Below, piece after piece: positions 14,985 to 20,605 of a stretch of DNA of 20,605 nt. The position numbers and the translations under genes are program-made. This stretch comes from Deltaproteobacteria bacterium TL4. Its GTDB lineage: Bacteria > SAR324 > NAC60-12. Within the stretch, counting starts at the first letter, position 1. Each line of letters begins with the position of its first letter. The notes beneath the pieces are model-generated. The model saw only the letters and a list, made by a program, of their open reading frames with translations, was not told the DNA's origin and searched no databases. The stretch covers positions 1 to 20,605 of the forward strand of contig JBBCAX010000051.1 of the NCBI GenBank assembly GCA_051382335.1, written 5' to 3'.

Positions 14985-17900
14985 TCACTTGCTGGCTAAT
15001 CCCTCCATTTGTTGGGAGCCAGGCAATAGGCCTGAGGCCATCAACAGGGATTTGATTTGTTCCAACTCTGTTTTCTGTTGAGCCAATTGTTCTTTTAACG
15101 AAGCAATTTCCTGTTGCTGAGCTTTGTTCTCATTTTGCTGTTGAGTGAGGGTTTCTTGTTGGCTTTCAATCATTGTTTGCTGCTCTTTAGTTGCTTCGAG
15201 TAAAATAGGTGCCAGGTGGCTATAAGCCACGTTTAAGTATCCATTACTCCCTGTGGTTACCAATTCAGGAAATTCCTTTTCGACCTCTTGAGCGATCACT
15301 CCAATTTGTGTTCCCGCGGGGTGGGTCTCTGTATCCTTAAATTCGTAACGAACTCCCCGAAGATTCTTAATTTTTTCGATCACACTGCCCAAGGGTTCAA
15401 TTTTATGTTTCAGGCGAATATCCGAGTTTTGTGTTAAGGCTCCGGCCATGGTTCCACTTCCGTTTTTATTAATGACAAAAGCGTCTGAACCAGGACTGGC
15501 ACTAGAACCATTACCTATGACAAAGATAGGATCAGTAGAAACCCAAGTTGTTGTTGATCCTGTTAAGGTGTTAAATTTTCCAATCGTAAGGGAGGCATAA
15601 GCTTGGGCGGTTGTAGAAGTTCCCATGGCAGTCGAAAATTGTCCTGTTGTTGTTGTATTGTAATTGAATGCTGCCGACCAACTACCACTGGCAGTTGTAT
15701 CCTTTCCGGTTGCGAAAGAATAGAGGGCAGAGGCCGTTGCGTTATATCCTATAGCATAAGCATAATTAGTAGAGGCAGTTGTATTATACCCTATTGCTAA
15801 AGAAGCAAAACCAGCGGCTGCGGTTGTCCCACCTCCTGCTGCGAAAGAATAACTGCCTGAAGCTGTTGTTCCACTACCTACCGCGAAAGAATTAAGACCA
15901 GAAGCTGTTGTCCCACCTCCTGCTGCGAAAGAATAATTACCAGAGGCTGCTGTACTACCTCCTGCTGTGAAAGAATAATCACCAGAAGCTGTTGTAATAC
16001 TTCCAAAGGCCACAGCGGCTATCCCAGAGGCTTTGGTATTATACCCTCCAGCAAAAGAAGAGGTTCCCACATTGGCGTCATCCCACTCAGTTCCTGTCAC
16101 CCTACCTGCACGAAAAGCGTACTTGGAGTTGTCAAACCAAAAACGATTAGCTGTCCCCGCAAGGGTACTACTTCCAAAAACGAAGTCATCAGTAGAACCG
16201 CCGCCAGAGATCAAGTTTGATCCATAGCTAAAACCAGAAGGACTAGCCCAAGTAAACCCGCTGGCTCCGGAAGACGTAAGCAACTGTCCACTGGTTCCAT
16301 CTCCCGTAAGTCCTTTTAGATCTATGGGACTCACGGTAGCATCCAAGATTTCAGCAGTGGTTACGGCACTAGTCGCAATTTCAGACGCACCCACTGCATC
16401 TGCTGCGATTTCAGCAGCGCCAACAGCATCTGTTGTAATGGTTAAAACACCCGTATTGGAAAGTGTCGCGTCCCCGCTAATAGTTCTTGCTGCTGCGACA
16501 TTTCCAGAGGTTCCTACCAAAACATAGCCACTTGTTAAACTCGCTAGTTTGCTATGAGCGATTGCTGCGCTGCTTGAGATATGAGAATTCGTTATACTTC
16601 CGCTATCCATACCGACTTGAGCGATGCTGCGCCAGTTACTTCCATCACTAATCACTTCAACGGTATTCGCGCCATACGTGGTACTCAGAATTTTTGTGGT
16701 TGAGCCGTCAATGGTTTCTGAGCCATTCCCGTCAAGTATCATGTCTGTTCCATTTACCAGTTTAACAGTATATGCTCGTCCCGCGATTCCTGAAGCAGTA
16801 GGTAAGGTGACGGTAAAAGAGCCAGAAGAGGATGTATCAACCAATACCGTCCCATCTGAGGCACTTATTGTATAAGCAGAAGTTTTAGCCGTTGCATCAA
16901 TCGTTCGTGTGTGACGAGCATCCGCACTTAGCTTTGCGCCTGTAACATTGCTATCCGCAATTTTTGCAGTAGTTACCGCATTATTCGCAATGGTCAGTGC
17001 TCCAGTATTCGCAAGAGTCGCATCTCCACTCACAGCAACAGCGGTTGGTACATTGGAACTATTTCCTACCAGAATCTGACCACTCGTGATACTGGCTAAC
17101 TTGCTGTGCCCAATGGCCGCACTGGAAGAAATGTCCGTATTATCTATAGTCCCATTAAGGATTTTTGCGCTCGTAACTGCCCCCGATGCAATATCAACAG
17201 TGTCAATGGTTCCATTAAGGATTTTATCGGTAGTGATGGCATCGTTGGCGATTGTGAGAGCTCCAGTATTCGCAAGAGTTGCATCTCCGCTAACAGCAAC
17301 AGCGGTAGGGACATTGGAGCCATTTCCTACCAGAATCTGACCACTTGTAACATTTGCCAGCTTGCTGTGATCAATCGCCGCACTGGAAGAAATATCCGCA
17401 TTGGCAATCGTTCCATTAAGGATTTTACTCGTAGTGATCGCATCTCCAGCTATAGTCAATGCCCCAGTATTGGAAAGAGTCGCATCTCCGCTAACAGCAA
17501 CAGCAGTTGGGACATTGGAGCCATTTCCTACCAGAATCTGACCACTGGTCACACTTGCTAATTTACTGTGATCAATCGCTGCATTGGTCGCAATATCGGC
17601 ATTGGCAATCGTTCCATCAACAATTTTGGAGGCCGTGACCGACCCTCCGCTTAAAGCACGCCAATTGGTACCATCACTGACAATGTTCAACACATCCCCA
17701 GCCACCAATAAAGTTTCCGTTGCAGAACCATCAATCGTTTCTGTTCCACTGGGATCAATGGTCAATGTCTTTCCTAATCCTGCCGTTGTGAGTTTAACGC
17801 TATAGGTTCGCCCACCAATTCCTGAGGCAGTGGGGAGGTTCAGAGTGACGTCACCTCCTGAAGTATCCGCCAAAATTATTCCATCATCACTCGTAAGCGT

Positions 17901-20605
17901 GTAGGGTGATGTTACACTAGTTTTCGCAGTAGCATTGATGGCCTGAGCATGTCGGGCATCCGGACTTAGTTTGGCCGCAGTAACATTAGCATTCAATATT
18001 TTTGCGGTAGTAATCGCGTCACTGGCGATATCTACAGCAGCAATAGTGCCATCTGTGATATCTGAACTCGTAAGGGTTCCCGCCAGATTGAGTTTGCTAT
18101 AGGCAATGGCGGCTGAGGGGGAAATATCAGCATTGGCAATCGTTCCATCTAGGATTTCACCTGTGGTAATTGCGTCATTGGCAATCGTCAGCGCTCCAGT
18201 ATTAGCAAGAGTCGCGTCGCCACTCATAGCGACAGCAGTTGGTGTACTGGAACCATTTCCGACCAGAATTTGACCACTCGACATACTTGCCAATTTGCTG
18301 TGAGCAATCGCGGCATTGGGAGAAATATCAGCAGTGGTAATCGTGTCATCAAGGATTGCAGTGCTTGTGACGGCTCCAGTTCCAATGTCACCAGCTGCAA
18401 TCGTTCCATCCAGAATTTTACCTGTGGTGATGGCGTTGTTGACAATCGTCAGCGCGCCAGTATTTGCAAGAGTCGCATCGCCACTAACAGCAACCGCGGT
18501 TGGAACATTGGAACCATTTCCAATCAGAATCTGGCCACTCGTAACATTTGCCAGCTTGCTGTGATCAATCGCCGCATTGGTCGCAATATCGGTATTGGCA
18601 ATAGTTCCATCAACGATTTTGGAAGAACTAACCGATCCTCCGCTTAAAGCACTCCAATTGGTACCATCACTGACAATCGTTAAAACGTCGCCAGCGACAG
18701 AAAGTGTTTGGGTTGCTGAGCCATCAATTGTTTCCGTTCCGTTGGGAGTAATGGTTAGTGTATTTCCTGCTGTTGCTAACTTAATCGTATATATTCTTCC
18801 TGAGATTCCAACCGCAGTAGGTAAGGTTAAAGTTCTGGCACCTCCTGAGGTATCCGCTAAAATAATTCCATCAGCACTAGTAATGGAGTAGTTTGCGGCA
18901 GTAACACTGACGGTTCGAGTGTGTCGTGCATCTGTACTCAGCTTGGCTGCCGTAACATTGGCATTCAAAATTTTTGCGGTAGTAATCGCGTCACTGGCTA
19001 TATCCACAGCAGCAATAGTGCCGTCCGTGATATCCGAACTCGTGAGGTTTCCTGCCAGATTGAGTTTGCTGTAGGCGATGGCCGCTGAGGTGGAAATATC
19101 CGCATTGGTGATGGTGTTATCCACGATCTTGGAGGTATTCACCGCATCGCTGGCTATCGTCAAACTTCCGGTGTTGGACAGCGTTGCGTCTCCACTTAAG
19201 GCAACCGCGACAGGTACGCTGGAACTATTTCCCACCAGGATTTGCCCTCCTGATAATGCCGCCAATTTGCTGTGAGCAATCGCAGCACTGGTATTGATAT
19301 CCGCATTAGTGATGGAATTATCCGCAATTTTTACAGAGGTGATGGCACTGTCTGAGATATCCCCTGTGGAAACCGTTGCGGATTTTTCACTCACAGTCAA
19401 CCAATTGGCACCGTCACTGATCACAGTAATGAGATCCCCCACAGAGGACATGGATCGTGTAGAGGCTCCATCGATGGTTTCCGCATTGGCAGGATCCAGT
19501 GTCAGATTATTTCCGGCAGTGACCAGCTTGATAGTATAAGTCCTTCCCGCGATTCCAGAGGCTGTAGGGAAATTAATGGTAAACGCACCTGCGGAAGTAT
19601 TAGCCAGTATCACACCATCACTACTGGTTAAGGTATAAGTATTTGTTTTGGCGGTAGCATTTAAGTTCCAGGTTTGTCTGGCACTCGGATCCAGTTTGTC
19701 TACGGTTACACTGGCATTGACAATTTTGCTCGTTGTAACGGCATTATCAGCCAAGTCACTTGCCGCAATAGTACCATCGCTGATCATTGAAGAAACGATG
19801 GCATTATCCGCCAAAGCACTTACGGTCAGCCAATTGGTACCGTCACTGATGACACTCAGCACATCTCCCGTTCGACTCAGTGTTTTGACTGCGGAACCAT
19901 CAAGCGTTTCACTTCCCGCAGGATCAATGGTTAGAGTATTGCCCCCTTGGGTCAGCTTAACCGTGTAGGTTCGTCCGGCGCTTCCTATGGCTGTGGGTAA
20001 ATCGATGACAAAGGCGCCTCCAGAAGTGTTGGCCAAAATCACTCCATCGCTTCCGGTCGCACTGTAGTTTCCGGTCTTCACGGTCGCGTCAAGTTTCAAC
20101 GTTTGTTTCGCGTCAACACTCAGCTTTGCGGTTGTGACATTGCCATCCGTTATTTTGGCGGTTGTGATTGAATTACTGGCCAAGTCTTCGGCCAAAATAG
20201 TGCCGTTAATGATTTTTCCAGTCGTCACCGAGTCATTCGCGAGATCGGCGGTATCCACTGTTCCGTCAACCAGGTCAGAACCTTTGACGGCACTGACAAG
20301 ATTCAGCTTGGTATAAGCAATCGCTGCACTAGCGGAAATATCAGCGTTAGCCACCGTGCCATCAAGGATTTCAGTCGTAGTGACAGCACCAGCGCCAATA
20401 TCACCCGTGGCAATGGTTCCATCAAGGATTTGGGTCGTGGTGACCGCTCCGGTACCCATATCACCAGCGACAATGGTTCCATCAAGGATTTTTCCCGTGG
20501 TGATCGCATTATTGGCAATCGTAAGAGTTCCGGTATTCGCGAGTGTCGCATCACCGCTCAAAGCTACGGAGGTGGCGACATTGGTTCCATTTCCTACCAG
20601 AATCT
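14985..20605 (-). CDS. Giant tail-fibre-like trimeric repeat protein with YadA-head-like repeats and a C-terminal peptidase S74 intramolecular chaperone; 5'-partial
   Basis: The frame is open to the window edge (ILVGNGTNVATSVALSGD..., so TTG 20561 is internal). It contains many 'ITTAKI.DGTI...DI' repeats, 5 copies of a ~90-aa 'LPTA.G..GRTY.VK...ETIDG...SDG.NW' module and 8 copies of 'GQILVGN...SGDATL.NTG'. 14-aa 'ASG.YSFA.G..TT' repeats lie at ~15580-16070. The S74 motif 'SDIRLK..I..L......I..LRGV.Y.......IGVIAQEVEKEFPELV.......V.Y' starts at 15425 and is followed by a coiled coil. Confidence 0.88.
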   Translation of the reverse strand, partial: ILVGNGTNVATSVALSGDATLANTGTLTIANNAITTGKILDGTIVAGDMGTGAVTTTQILDGTIATGDIGAGAVTTTEILDGTVANADISASAAIAYTKLNLVSAVKGSDLVDGTVDTADLANDSVTTGKIINGTILAEDLASNSITTAKITDGNVTTAKLSVDAKQTLKLDATVKTGNYSATGSDGVILANTSGGAFVIDLPTAIGSAGRTYTVKLTQGGNTLTIDPAGSETLDGSAVKTLSRTGDVLSVISDGTNWLTVSALADNAIVSSMISDGTIAASDLADNAVTTSKIVNASVTVDKLDPSARQTWNLNATAKTNTYTLTSSDGVILANTSAGAFTINFPTASGIAGRTYTIKLVTAGNNLTLDPANAETIDGASTRSMSSVGDLITVISDGANWLTVSEKSATVSTGDISDSAITSVKIADNSITNADINTSAAIAHSKLAALSGGQILVGNSSSVPVAVALSGDATLSNTGSLTIASDAVNTSKIVDNTITNADISTSAAIAYSKLNLAGNLTSSDITDGTIAAVDIASDAITTAKILNANVTAAKLSTDARHTRTVSVTAANYSITSADGIILADTSGGARTLTLPTAVGISGRIYTIKLATAGNTLTITPNGTETIDGSATQTLSVAGDVLTIVSDGTNWSALSGGSVSSSKIVDGTIANTDIATNAAIDHSKLANVTSGQILIGNGSNVPTAVAVSGDATLANTGALTIVNNAITTGKILDGTIAAGDIGTGAVTSTAILDDTITTADISPNAAIAHSKLASMSSGQILVGNGSSTPTAVAMSGDATLANTGALTIANDAITTGEILDGTIANADISPSAAIAYSKLNLAGTLTSSDITDGTIAAVDIASDAITTAKILNANVTAAKLSPDARHAQAINATAKTSVTSPYTLTSDDGIILADTSGGDVTLNLPTASGIGGRTYSVKLTTAGLGKTLTIDPSGTETIDGSATETLLVAGDVLNIVSDGTNWRALSGGSVTASKIVDGTIANADIATNAAIDHSKLASVTSGQILVGNGSNVPTAVAVSGDATLSNTGALTIAGDAITTSKILNGTIANADISSSAAIDHSKLANVTSGQILVGNGSNVPTAVAVSGDATLANTGALTIANDAITTDKILNGTIDTVDIASGAVTSAKILNGTIDNTDISSSAAIGHSKLASITSGQILVGNSSNVPTAVAVSGDATLANTGALTIANNAVTTAKIADSNVTGAKLSADARHTRTIDATAKTSAYTISASDGTVLVDTSSSGSFTVTLPTASGIAGRAYTVKLVNGTDMILDGNGSETIDGSTTKILSTTYGANTVEVISDGSNWRSIAQVGMDSGSITNSHISSSAAIAHSKLASLTSGYVLVGTSGNVAAARTISGDATLSNTGVLTITTDAVGAAEIAADAVGASEIATSAVTTAEILDATVSPIDLKGLTGDGTSGQLLTSSGASGFTWASPSGFSYGSNLISGGGSTDDFVFGSSTLAGTANRFWFDNSKYAFRAGRVTGTEWDDANVGTSSFAGGYNTKASGIAAVAFGSITTASGDYSFTAGGSTAASGNYSFAAGGGTTASGLNSFAVGSGTTASGSYSFAAGGGTTAAAGFASLAIGYNTTASTNYAYAIGYNATASALYSFATGKDTTASGSWSAAFNYNTTTTGQFSTAMGTSTTAQAYASLTIGKFNTLTGSTTTWVSTDPIFVIGNGSSASPGSDAFVINKNGSGTMAGALTQNSDIRLKHKIEPLGSVIEKIKNLRGVRYEFKDTETHPAGTQIGVIAQEVEKEFPELVTTGSNGYLNVAYSHLAPILLEATKEQQTMIESQQETLTQQQNENKAQQQEIASLKEQLAQQKTELEQIKSLLMASGLLPGSQQMEGLASK

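Noticed and set aside
12040..20316. Numerous short plus-strand ORFs opposite the two large genes
   Set aside because: Antisense shadows of repetitive Ala/Thr/Ser/Gly-rich coding sequence with no recognisable motifs.
15000..20605. Diversity-generating retroelement TR/VR pair acting on the fibre
   Set aside because: Repeat copies differ at all base types, mostly synonymously, not specifically at adenines, and there is no RT gene in the window.
14985..20605. Prophage
   Set aside because: No other phage gene is present and the neighbours are cellular. It cannot be excluded beyond the right edge of the window.

Overview
This is a bacterial chromosomal window, probably from a deltaproteobacterium-like or SAR324-like organism (weak inference from gene content). 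From left to right it contains: (1) the 3' end of a DUF3782-like PD-(D/E)XK protein gene, then a tandem REP-like pair. (2) A HIT - PilZ - STAS run ending in a PrdB/GrdB-family selenoprotein. The ORF track splits that gene at an in-frame UGA (UxxC motif) followed by a clear SECIS-like hairpin. (3) A divergent SDR and a TetR-led lipid catabolism cluster: HpnA/DFR-like reductase, AMACR-type CoA-transferase III, an acyl-CoA dehydrogenase fused to two SCP2 domains, and TesB. (4) A small putative lipoprotein and a perfect REP-doublet hairpin. (5) A 1085-aa secreted surface protein and a very large (>1870 aa, 5'-truncated by the window) tail-fibre-like repeat protein with a C-terminal S74 chaperone domain. 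Between these two genes lies a ~700-bp debris island. It holds a group IIC intron domain V/VI remnant, a 5'-truncated PIN toxin with an intact partner gene, and a non-coding element whose motifs recur in inverted orientation at ~620-790. All family assignments come from motif recognition by eye; no searches were run.
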